In this document: in pieces, positions 42,514-50,811 of the stretch
Layout: the number at the start of each line of letters is the position of its first letter
Numbering within the stretch: the stretch's first letter is position 1
NCBI GenBank assembly: GCA_035693225.1
Contig: DASSGV010000073.1
Location: forward strand, 24,692-88,691
DNA from: Gemmatimonadales bacterium
GTDB taxonomy: Bacteria > Gemmatimonadota > Gemmatimonadetes > Gemmatimonadales > GWC2-71-9
Length of the DNA: 64,000 nucleotides
Direction of reading: 5' to 3'
The notes under the pieces: model-generated
What the model saw: only the letters and a program-made list of their open reading frames with translations
What the model was told of the DNA's origin: nothing
Database searches by the model: none
Position numbers and translations under genes: made by a program

Positions 42514-42530
42514 GATGGCGCAGGCGTCGA

Positions 42531-42992
42531 TCATCCCTGCGTCGGCGAGATGCCGACCAGCTCGACGAGGCCGGGGTCCTGTTTCAGCAGGTCCGCGAGC
42601 GAGATCCCCTCGAGCAGATCGTCCACGCGACGTTGCAGCTCCTGCCACACCGGCCGGATGCTGCACGCCGAACCGGTGTTGCAGCGCTCGGGATCGACCG
42701 GGTGGGCCTCGCAGTTCATCTCGAAGGTCTGGTGCTCCGAGGCCGTCATCACGTCACGGACGGAGATGCGAGATGCCTCGCGGGCCAGGTAGTACCCACC
42801 CCGTGCACCGCGGACGCTCTCGACCAACCCGGCCCGCCGGAGCCGCAGCAGGATCTGCTCCACGTAATCACCCGGCAGGCGCTCCACCTCGGCCAACTCC
42901 CGCGCCGCGACCGGCGATCCGTCGGACGTGGCCCGGCGGGCGAGGTGCAGGGTGATGATCAGGCTGTACTCGGTCCACGTGGTGACGCGCAT
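42531..42992 (-). CDS. Rrf2-family transcriptional regulator (IscR/NsrR-like)
   Basis: 153 aa beginning MRVTTWTEYSLIITLHLAR, with ARGGYYLAR and a Cys cluster (C..x..C....C) in the C-terminal half. Confidence 0.85.
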   Translation of the reverse strand: MRVTTWTEYSLIITLHLARRATSDGSPVAARELAEVERLPGDYVEQILLRLRRAGLVESVRGARGGYYLAREASRISVRDVMTASEHQTFEMNCEAHPVDPERCNTGSACSIRPVWQELQRRVDDLLEGISLADLLKQDPGLVELVGISPTQG

Positions 42993-43058
42993 GCAGGAAA
43001 TATGGGACGCCGCTCCCCGGGATTCAAGCAGGGCCGGATCCGAGGTCGGCGGCGAGAA

Positions 43059-44483
43059 TCATCCGCCGCCGGGAACGCCCTTTCCACCCGGCACACCAAG
43101 CTCGGTCATGGCGCGCAGGTCCAGGACCTCGTCGAGTTCCTTGCCCTTGAGCAGGCCTTTCTTGACCACCAGCTGCTTGACGGTGAGGCCCGTCGCCAGC
43201 GCCTCCTTGGCGAGCTTGGCGGCATCAGCGTACCCGATCTTCGGAGCGAGTGCCGTCACGAGCGCCGGGCTGCGCTCCAGCCAGTGCTCGCATTGCGCCG
43301 CATCGGCCTCGATGCCGGTGATGCACCGTTCCGTGAACACCGCCGTCGCGTTGGTGACGATCTGCAGCGCGAAGACCACGTTGTGGGTGATGACCGGCAT
43401 CATCACGTTCAGCTCGAGCTGGCCCGCCTCCGCCGCCAGTGCCACGGTCTGGTCGAGGCCGAGCGCCTGGTAGCAGACCTGATTGACCATCTCGGCGATC
43501 GATGGATTGACCTTCCCCGGCATGATGCTCGATCCCGGCTGCACCGGCGGAAGCAGGATCTCGGCCAACCCGGTCCGCGGTCCCGAGGCCAGGAGCCGGA
43601 TGTCATTCGCGATCTTGTTGAGGTCGATGACATACGCGCGGAGAGCACCGCTGAAGGACGCGATGTCGCCCATCGACTGCATCAGCTGGATCCGGTCCTC
43701 GGCCACCTCGAGGTCCAGGCCGGTCACCCCACGCAGGTGCTTCACCATCAGCGCCGGATACTGCGGCTCGGCGTTGATGCCCGTACCCACCGCCGTGCCG
43801 CCGATGTTCATCGCCCGGAGCCAGCGCGCCACCTCCGCGAGCTTGGCCCGGTGCCGCGCCACCGTATGGCCATAGGCGGTGAACTCCTGGCCCAGGCGGA
43901 TCGGGGTGGCATCCTGCAGGTGGGTCCGGCCGGACTTCACGATCCCGTCGAAGGCCCTGCCCTTGGCCAGGAGCGCGGCGGCAAGACCGTCGAGCGCGGT
44001 CAGCAGGTGCGGCAGGCTGGCCAGGGTGGCCAGCCGCATCGCGGTGGGGATCACGTCGTTGGTGCTCTGCGCCATGTTGACATGGTCGTTCGGATGGATC
44101 GGCGCGTAGGCGCCCCGAGGGGCCCCGAGGATCTCGTTGGCACGATTGGCGAGCACCTCGTTGCAGTTCATGTGGTGGCTGGTCCCGGCACCGGCCTGGT
44201 AGACGTCCACGATGAACTGGTCGCGGTGCTGGCCGCCAAGCACCTCGTCGGCCGCCCGCACGATGGCATCCGCGAGCTTCGGATCGAGCCGCCCCGTCTC
44301 CTTGTGGGTCAGCGCCGCGGCCTTCTTGATCCAGATGACCGCATCGACGAAGAGCGGCAGCGGCCGAAGTCCGGAGATGGGAAAATTCTCGCTGGCACGG
44401 AGGGTCTGGATGCCGTAGAGCGCCTCGGCGGGCACCTGCTTCTCGCCGAGCGAATCCGTTTCGGTGCGGGTGGTCTTGGTCAT
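43059..44483 (-). CDS. aspA: Aspartate ammonia-lyase (class II fumarase/aspartase superfamily)
   Basis: Start moved to ATG 44483 (MTKTTRTETDSLGEKQVPAEALYGIQTLRASENFPISG). QAGAGTS and GSSIMPGKVNPSIAEMVNQVC resemble AspA more than FumC. Confidence 0.8.
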   Translation of the reverse strand: MTKTTRTETDSLGEKQVPAEALYGIQTLRASENFPISGLRPLPLFVDAVIWIKKAAALTHKETGRLDPKLADAIVRAADEVLGGQHRDQFIVDVYQAGAGTSHHMNCNEVLANRANEILGAPRGAYAPIHPNDHVNMAQSTNDVIPTAMRLATLASLPHLLTALDGLAAALLAKGRAFDGIVKSGRTHLQDATPIRLGQEFTAYGHTVARHRAKLAEVARWLRAMNIGGTAVGTGINAEPQYPALMVKHLRGVTGLDLEVAEDRIQLMQSMGDIASFSGALRAYVIDLNKIANDIRLLASGPRTGLAEILLPPVQPGSSIMPGKVNPSIAEMVNQVCYQALGLDQTVALAAEAGQLELNVMMPVITHNVVFALQIVTNATAVFTERCITGIEADAAQCEHWLERSPALVTALAPKIGYADAAKLAKEALATGLTVKQLVVKKGLLKGKELDEVLDLRAMTELGVPGGKGVPGGG

Positions 44484-44586
44484 GCGGGTCACGGGTGGTG
44501 GGGCGTGGATCGTGCGCCGGCCGGTGTGTCGTCCTGACCGGCACCATCGGGTCGTGGGTAACCTAACACGACTGCTGCATGCTCGG

Positions 44587-45468
44587 TCATTCCGGCGCCG
44601 CGGGAGCGCGGTGGCGGAACCAGGCACGGAACGCCGCCCATCCATAGATGCGCGCCGCGAGCCCCAGCCCGAGGACCACACCCACGACCGAGGTGTAGAA
44701 GCGCCACCAGACGAGGAGCTCGGCCCCTTCGCCCCCGAGCGACCCGGCGGCTCCGGCGAGGAATCCGAGTTCCACCACGCCGGCGCCGGACGGCGTCGGG
44801 AGGATCATCTGGCTGTACAGGAGGGCGAACGATCCGAGGAAGAGCGGACCCATCGGCGGCGGTGAAGGCAAGGTCAGCGCCAGGACCGGAAGGATGGCCG
44901 TCCGGGCGGCCACGTTGACGAACGACAGCGGTTGGCTCAGCACGATGGGCCAGTGCGGCATCCGCCGCCAGTACACCCGCACCCGCTGCCACGACCGTCG
45001 GAGCCGATCGGGCGCAGACACCCTGATCCAGCGACGCGCCAGCCACCAGAGCAGGATGCTCACCACCCCGACGACGGCGAACCAGGGCCACATCCCGTGC
45101 ATATGGCGCACGATCCCCGGTTCGGCGGTCTGCCACCATTCGGGGGCGTACCGCCAGGTGAGGAAGGCGCCGCCAGCGATGATCATCGGCCAGCCGAGGA
45201 GCGCCTCCACGGTGATGGCCACGATGGCCGCTTCGGTGGGGATCCGATAACGGAGGATCCCCGCGAGCCGGGCCGGCTCTCCGCCCAGCCGGGCGGGGGT
45301 GAGCGAACAGGCGGCGTCGCCGAAGGCGTTGACCACGATCCCTTCGCCGAGGGAGAGCGGCGACCCGATCGAATCACAGAAGAACTTGAGCCGGAGCGAC
45401 CGCGCCACGATGTCCGCCGTGACGAGCCCGATGCAGATCAGGTGCGCGGTGAGCGGATCGAGGCGCAT
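44587..45468 (-). CDS. Flippase-like integral membrane protein (lysylphosphatidylglycerol-synthase TM-region / UPF0104 family)
   Basis: 293 aa and polytopic. The N-terminal region reads DIVARSLRLKFF...VNAFGDAACSLTPARLGGEPARL, as in MprF-flippase-like proteins. Confidence 0.7.
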   Translation of the reverse strand: MRLDPLTAHLICIGLVTADIVARSLRLKFFCDSIGSPLSLGEGIVVNAFGDAACSLTPARLGGEPARLAGILRYRIPTEAAIVAITVEALLGWPMIIAGGAFLTWRYAPEWWQTAEPGIVRHMHGMWPWFAVVGVVSILLWWLARRWIRVSAPDRLRRSWQRVRVYWRRMPHWPIVLSQPLSFVNVAARTAILPVLALTLPSPPPMGPLFLGSFALLYSQMILPTPSGAGVVELGFLAGAAGSLGGEGAELLVWWRFYTSVVGVVLGLGLAARIYGWAAFRAWFRHRAPAAPE

Positions 45469-46187
45469 CAGGATGCGTACTCCGCGTATCGCACCACCGG
45501 ATGCTCGGCCGGCCAGCGCGTGAGAGCGCGTTCGATCGACCGGACCACCGTTGGATGGCGAAGGTCACCGGGGTGGAGGGCCAGGCGGATGACGGGAGCG
45601 CCGCGCTGCAGCTTCCACCGGGCATCGGCGACGATGGAGGATCCGCGGGCCCGCACGCCCGAGCGGGCACTCCACCGAAGGGCCGGTGCCCTGACCCGAC
45701 CGCGTGCGGGGTGGATCTGCAATCCGTGCTCGTCCTCGGTGAATCGAAGGCCGAGATCGGCGGCCGCGCGATGGGTCGCGGCCCGACAGAGCCAGGCCGG
45801 CGGAACGAATCCGACCGGCGAGAGCCCGAGCGCGTGCAGCCGGTCGATCCCACGCTCCATCCGGACGCGCGCCGCGGCGTAGTCGAGGGTCAGGAACTCT
45901 CCCTCCCGCGCCGTGCGACCCCACGCCCGGAGCGAGTCGCCGATACCGCGGCGCAGCCCGACCTCGTCATGCCGTTCCCCATGCAACACGATCTCGGCGC
46001 CGGCCGATGCGCGCGCCAACAGCCACTGCACGAACCGCGGGTGACCCTCCAGCGGCCACTCCCCGTGCCAGTCCGGCACGGCGAAGAGGGCCGGTTCCAC
46101 CCCGATCCGGACGCACATCGCGTGCAGGGTCCGGACCTCGGCCTCGAACGCCGGGGTAACGTCGTGGATCGAGACGAGGAGCGTCAT
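45468..46187 (-). CDS. DUF2334 / polysaccharide-deacetylase-like protein
   Basis: Start moved to ATG 46187 (MTLLVSIHDVTP...). HGERHD and FVPPAW match my recollection of the DUF2334 family. The start overlaps the GT4 stop (ATGA). Confidence 0.7.
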   Translation of the reverse strand: MTLLVSIHDVTPAFEAEVRTLHAMCVRIGVEPALFAVPDWHGEWPLEGHPRFVQWLLARASAGAEIVLHGERHDEVGLRRGIGDSLRAWGRTAREGEFLTLDYAAARVRMERGIDRLHALGLSPVGFVPPAWLCRAATHRAAADLGLRFTEDEHGLQIHPARGRVRAPALRWSARSGVRARGSSIVADARWKLQRGAPVIRLALHPGDLRHPTVVRSIERALTRWPAEHPVVRYAEYAS

Positions 46188-47461
46188 CGCGCAAGCACCC
46201 GTCGATACTCGGCGAACATCGTGTCGAGTGCCGTGGTCCAGGAATGATGCCGTTCCGCGAACGCACGGCCGCGATCGCCGAGAGCCTGAAGATCGGAACC
46301 GAACAAGGCCACGGCCTGGGTCGCGCACGCGGCCACGTCTCCCGGTGGGTAGAGCGCGCCGGCGCCCGAGGCGATGACCTTCTCCGCCACGCCTCCCTCA
46401 CCGGCGGAGAGCACCGGCACACCGCTCGCCAATGCCTCGAGTGCCGCGAGCCCGAAGGTCTCGATCGGACAGGGGGCCACGTACAGATCGGCGGCGGCGA
46501 GCAGGTCGGCGAGAACGTCGCGATCGGGCTCGAATCGGCGCCAAAGCACCTTTCCCCGGGCCATCCGTCGATACCGCTGCTCCGACGGCCCCGCACCCAC
46601 CACCACGAGCGTGGCACCGGTCCGGCGCTCGACCTCCGGCCACGCCCGCAGGACCACATCGAGTTCCTTTTCTCCCGCCAGCCGCCCGATGTGGATCGCG
46701 AGCGGCCCGGTGGGCCACCCTTCGCGTCGCCGGACCTGGGCCGAGCGTTCACGGCGATCGGGCGAGAACAGGTCGAGATCGACGCCAAGAGGGACCCGAA
46801 CCACGTTGGCGACACCGCGGGATTCGAGATCGCGGGCGGCGAACTCCGAACCGACGAACGTGGCCGCAAAGAGCCGACTCACCCGCCGGACATAGCGCCA
46901 TCCCAGTTCGGCCAGGCGGCGCCGGCCCGCGGAGGCCCTGACGGGATCGGGTGCGATGACGCGGGGGATGTTGGAGTGGTAGAACCAGACCATCGGGATG
47001 CCGAGGCGCCGATCGGCCCACCGGGTCATCCACGGCACCGCGAACGGACTCCCGACCTCGATGATGTCAGGTCGCTCCTGTTCCAGGATCCGCCGAAGCG
47101 CACGGGGAGCCACGAGGAACCGGTAGGGGTGCTGAAACGGGATCGCGGGTCCGCGCAGCCAGTAACAGCGCACCCCGTCGATCTCGGTCCGTCCGGCGCG
47201 CCGGGCCGGGAGCACCATCACCTGGCGCAGCGCCGGCCGCTCGGAGACGTACCGGGCCTTCTCGAGGAGGTAGGTACGGATGCCGCCGGTGGTCGGCCCG
47301 AAATACTTGGTGACATCGAGGATCGTGAGCGCCGCGCCGGGGCGCTGGGCCGACGGCGCCTCGGGCCGGTATCGGATCCCTCGTCCCCCGTCGCCGGGAA
47401 CGAGCGCCCCCGCGATCCCGGCAGCAGACGCCGGGGCGGGTGATTCAGTCGGAGCAGTCAC
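46184..47461 (-). CDS. GT4-family (GT-B) glycosyltransferase
   Basis: The catalytic core starts at LTILDVTKYFGPTTGGIRTYL. The C-terminal half carries the E-x7-E-type motif (ETFGLAALEALASGVPV). The start is uncertain: GTG 47461 or ATG 47536. Confidence 0.8.
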   Translation of the reverse strand: MTAPTESPAPASAAGIAGALVPGDGGRGIRYRPEAPSAQRPGAALTILDVTKYFGPTTGGIRTYLLEKARYVSERPALRQVMVLPARRAGRTEIDGVRCYWLRGPAIPFQHPYRFLVAPRALRRILEQERPDIIEVGSPFAVPWMTRWADRRLGIPMVWFYHSNIPRVIAPDPVRASAGRRRLAELGWRYVRRVSRLFAATFVGSEFAARDLESRGVANVVRVPLGVDLDLFSPDRRERSAQVRRREGWPTGPLAIHIGRLAGEKELDVVLRAWPEVERRTGATLVVVGAGPSEQRYRRMARGKVLWRRFEPDRDVLADLLAAADLYVAPCPIETFGLAALEALASGVPVLSAGEGGVAEKVIASGAGALYPPGDVAACATQAVALFGSDLQALGDRGRAFAERHHSWTTALDTMFAEYRRVLAR

Positions 47462-47660
47462 CGAGGGGATACACGGTGCCGCAGTTGGGGCACGGATTCT
47501 TGCAGCCCCAGACCCGGGAGACGACCGGGAAGCCACAGCGGTTGCAGGCAGGCGGATCGGACGAGCGGGTGGGCGGCTCGGCAGATGGGTGGCTGGAGGA
47601 ACGATCGGGCGACGGCGTCGACTCCGGCGGGAGGTCGGGGCGCCGCGATTCAGCGCCCAT
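47445..47660 (-). CDS. Small zinc-ribbon protein
   Basis: Start moved to ATG 47660, giving 71 aa. It has a low-complexity Pro/Ser N-terminus followed by CNRCGFPVVSRVWGCKNPCPNCG. Confidence 0.5.
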   Translation of the reverse strand: MGAESRRPDLPPESTPSPDRSSSHPSAEPPTRSSDPPACNRCGFPVVSRVWGCKNPCPNCGTVYPLGDCSD

Positions 47661-48294
47661 GGCGCACCGCGCCCAGGTATGGATTGGTCTCCCGTTCCAC
47701 ACCGATGGTGGTCGGTCGTCCGTGGCCCGGAAAGACCGTGGTGGTGTCGGGGAGCGCCAGCAGCACCCGCTGGATGCTGTCGATCAGGGTGTGATGATCG
47801 GCGCCGGGGAGGTCGGTCCGGCCGATCGTGCCGCTGAAGAGCAGATCGCCACTGAAGACCGCATCGGCGCCGATGAAGCAGACGTGGCCGGGGGAGTGTC
47901 CCGGCACGTGGCGGACCGTGAACGGATGCCGGCCCACGGTGACGACCTCTCCATCCCGCCAGCCGGCGTCCGGGGGAGGCATCTCGATCGGCAGACGGGA
48001 TTCCGCCGCGTCGTCCGGCGCCGCATCGTACAGGAAGCGGTCGTCGGGATGCAGGCGGATCGGTGCGCCGGTCGCGGCACGCACCGCGCCGACACCGAGC
48101 ACGTGATCGACGTGGCCATGGGTGAGCCAGATCGACGACAGCGACCAGCCGCGGTGGCGCAGGGCGGCCAGGGCGCGTTCGGGCTCTTCACCGGGATCGA
48201 TCAGCACCGCGACGCCGGAGTCGGGATCGCCGAGGAGGTAGCAGTTCTCGACGTAGCGGCCGTTGGGGATCGTCTGGACCGCGAGGTCAGACAC
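47650..48294 (-). CDS. MBL-fold hydrolase (hydroxyacylglutathione hydrolase/GloB-like)
   Basis: Start placed at GTG 48294. Motifs are THGHVDHV, HVPGHSPGH and GDLLFSGTIGRTD. Confidence 0.85.
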   Translation of the reverse strand: MSDLAVQTIPNGRYVENCYLLGDPDSGVAVLIDPGEEPERALAALRHRGWSLSSIWLTHGHVDHVLGVGAVRAATGAPIRLHPDDRFLYDAAPDDAAESRLPIEMPPPDAGWRDGEVVTVGRHPFTVRHVPGHSPGHVCFIGADAVFSGDLLFSGTIGRTDLPGADHHTLIDSIQRVLLALPDTTTVFPGHGRPTTIGVERETNPYLGAVRHGR

Positions 48295-49243
48295 CGGCCT
48301 GGCTCCGCTGTTGCGCCAGGTATTTCTCCACCGCAATGGCGGCGGTGGTGGCGTCACCCACGGCGGTGGTGACCTGTCGGGTGAGCTGGACGCGAAGGTC
48401 GCCCGCGGCGAAGAGCCCCGGGATGGAGGTCATCATCCGGTCGTCGGTCACCAGATATCCCCCGGCATCGTGCGCGGCGTGCCCCTTGATGAGGCCACTG
48501 TTGGGCTTGAACCCGACGAAGATGAAGCACCCGGTCACGTCGAGGGTCGAACCCTGGCCGGACACCGTGTCTTCCAGCCGCAGATGGGTGAGGCCGGACG
48601 CCCCGCCCACTAACTCCAGCACCTTCGTGTTCCAGACCACCTCGATCTTCGGATTGGCAAAGAGCCGGTCCTGCAGGATCCGGGAGGCCCGGAGTTCGTC
48701 ACGGCGGTGCAGCAGGTACACCTTGGCCGCGTAGCGCGTGAGGTAATCGGCCTCCTCCACCGCCGCATCGCCGCCGCCCACCACCGCGATCGTGTCGCCC
48801 TTGAAGAACGCCCCGTCGCAGACCGCACAATACGACACGCCGCGGCCGGCGTACTCAAGCTCCCCGGGCACGTCCAGCTTGGTCGGCGTGCCGCCGGCGG
48901 TGAGGATGACCGTCGGCGCGCGGTAGGTGGTGCCGGAGTGGGTGGCGACCGTAAAGGTGCCATCGTCCTGTTTCTCGACCGACTCGACCGTCTCCTGCCG
49001 GATGCGGGCGCCGAACTTGAGGGCGTGGTCGGTCATCTTCACCGCCAGATCGCGGCCCAGGATATGCTCGAACCCCGGGTAATCCTCGATCACCTCGGTG
49101 TTGAGGAGCTCACCACCCGTCGCTCCACGTTCCAGGAGCACCGCGTCGAGCATCCCCCGCGCGGCATACATCGCCGCGCAGAGCCCCGCGGGCCCGCCGC
49201 CGATGATGATGGTGTCGAATTCGTGCGTGCCAAGTTCGGACAT
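48287..49243 (-). CDS. trxB: Thioredoxin-disulfide reductase
   Basis: 318 aa with IIIGGGPAGLCAAMYAAR, the redox-active CAVCDG and GGGDAAVEEA. Confidence 0.95.
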   Translation of the reverse strand: MSELGTHEFDTIIIGGGPAGLCAAMYAARGMLDAVLLERGATGGELLNTEVIEDYPGFEHILGRDLAVKMTDHALKFGARIRQETVESVEKQDDGTFTVATHSGTTYRAPTVILTAGGTPTKLDVPGELEYAGRGVSYCAVCDGAFFKGDTIAVVGGGDAAVEEADYLTRYAAKVYLLHRRDELRASRILQDRLFANPKIEVVWNTKVLELVGGASGLTHLRLEDTVSGQGSTLDVTGCFIFVGFKPNSGLIKGHAAHDAGGYLVTDDRMMTSIPGLFAAGDLRVQLTRQVTTAVGDATTAAIAVEKYLAQQRSQAGV

Positions 49244-49257
49244 AGTTCAGTCAATCC

Positions 49258-49305
49258 GTGGAACTGTGGAACTGTGCGCCTGTGCGCCTGTGCGCCTGTG
49301 CGCCT
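49258..49305. repeat. Tandem octamers (GTGGAACT)x2 (GTGCGCCT)x4
   Basis: The phasing is perfect. The array begins 15 nt upstream (gene sense) of the trxB ATG. Confidence 0.9.
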
Positions 49306-49337
49306 CACATAACATAGTCGCGCTTTCCCCATCCCAC

Positions 49338-50075
49338 TCAACGATCCGCGGTTCCCGGCGCGCCGACGCGCAGGAGCCCGGTCGCCCCGTGACAGGACGA
49401 GACGGTCCCCACCACGAGCGCCCCCCTCCCCTGCTCCACGACATCGATCAGCATCCGCTCGGCCGCCACCACGGCACCGACGCTGAACCCGCCGACGCCG
49501 TGGACGAGATGGCGCACCTGGAAGAGGACCGGCCCCGCGAGATCGTTGGCCCGACAGAACCGTTCCAGCGCATCGGACATTTCCCAGGTGCGGGGTGCCC
49601 GGATGACGGGACAGAGCGCGGGTTCGGTGCAATGCGTGGGGCAGGTCCAGTCGGCGAACGACACGTACGTGCTCCCGTCCCGTCCCTGACGCTCGTACGG
49701 CGTCCCCAGCGCACCGGGGAGCGGGCCCGAGTCGATGGCCCGGTCGCGCCAGCGATCGGACGCACGCCGGATGAGCCACTCAAAGAAGAGATGTGGCATC
49801 AACGGCGACGGAATGACGACATCGCCCTCGCCCGCCGGCGCCGTCTCGAGATAGCGATCGAGGAAGCCGGCCCACTCCGCCTCGACGACCTCGAGGCCCG
49901 GCACACCGAGGAACTCGGTGACCGCGGCGCACTTCGGGTCCCGATCCACTACCAGGAGCCGTTCGAACCTTGCCTTCTCCCGGGCGCGCGCCTCGATCAT
50001 CTGTCGAGCGTAGAAGGATCCGTAACAGCCGCCGCCGATGATGATGACATCGCGAAGGACGGTAGGCGCGTCCAT
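49338..50075 (-). CDS. Uncharacterised Rossmann-fold protein with a Cys cluster
   Basis: 245 aa with VIIIGGGCYGSFYA...LLVVDRD (a dinucleotide-binding beta-alpha-beta unit), then WTCPTHCTEPALCP and SSCHG. I cannot assign a family. Confidence 0.6.
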   Translation of the reverse strand: MDAPTVLRDVIIIGGGCYGSFYARQMIEARAREKARFERLLVVDRDPKCAAVTEFLGVPGLEVVEAEWAGFLDRYLETAPAGEGDVVIPSPLMPHLFFEWLIRRASDRWRDRAIDSGPLPGALGTPYERQGRDGSTYVSFADWTCPTHCTEPALCPVIRAPRTWEMSDALERFCRANDLAGPVLFQVRHLVHGVGGFSVGAVVAAERMLIDVVEQGRGALVVGTVSSCHGATGLLRVGAPGTADR

Positions 50076-50076
50076 C

Positions 50077-50808
50077 CTAGCGGAGCAGCCGGCCGCCGTC
50101 GACCACCAGGATCTCGCCCGTCACGTAATCGCCGCCTTCGAGGAGGTAGAGCACCGCGCGGACCACGTCCGAGGGCGCGCCCAGTCGGCGGAGCGGCGTG
50201 GTCTCGGCAAAATGCCGACGGGTCGGCTCGTCCCACGCCTCCGGCAGGAGCACAGCCCCCGGCGCCACCGCGTTCACGGTGATCTCCGGCGCCAGCGACC
50301 GGGCCAGTGTCTTGGTGAGCATCACGACGCCCGCCTTGCTGACGCAGTGGACCAGATAGTCGGGCCACGGCTCGAACCCGGCGATGTCGGCCAGGTTGAC
50401 GATCTTCCCGTGCACTGCCTTCAGGGCCGGCAACGCACCCTGCGCGCAAAAGAAGGCGGCGCGCAGGTTCAGGTCCATGGTGGCGTCCCAGCTCTCCGGC
50501 GTGATCTCGGCCACCGGCGCACGGACCATCACCGCGGCAGAATTGATGAGCACATCCAGGCGGCCGAACGATGCCGCGACCCGACGGGGGAGCTCCCGGG
50601 CAGCGGCGGCGTCCCCGAGATCGGCGGCGAACACCTCCGCTCGCCGGCCATGCCGCGCGGCCAGCGCGGCCAGTTCGGCGGCGCCCTCACCGGAGGCGTG
50701 GTAGTGGAGGGCCAGGTCCATTCCGCGATCGAGGAGCCCGCCCGCAATGGCGGCCCCGAGCCGGCGTCCAGCGCCGGTGACGAGGGCGACCCGACCGGCC
50801 AGTTCCAT
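50077..50808 (-). CDS. Short-chain dehydrogenase/reductase (pteridine-reductase-like)
   Basis: 243 aa with ALVTGAGRRLG, NSAA and YCVSKAG (Y-x3-K). Confidence 0.85.
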   Translation of the reverse strand: MELAGRVALVTGAGRRLGAAIAGGLLDRGMDLALHYHASGEGAAELAALAARHGRRAEVFAADLGDAAAARELPRRVAASFGRLDVLINSAAVMVRAPVAEITPESWDATMDLNLRAAFFCAQGALPALKAVHGKIVNLADIAGFEPWPDYLVHCVSKAGVVMLTKTLARSLAPEITVNAVAPGAVLLPEAWDEPTRRHFAETTPLRRLGAPSDVVRAVLYLLEGGDYVTGEILVVDGGRLLR

Positions 50809-50811
50809 CGG

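Noticed and set aside
47445-47461. I considered programmed ribosomal frameshifting joining the zinc-ribbon ORF to the GT4 gene.
   Set aside because: The 17-nt overlap contains no slippery heptamer or downstream structure. It is reported only as an annotation uncertainty.
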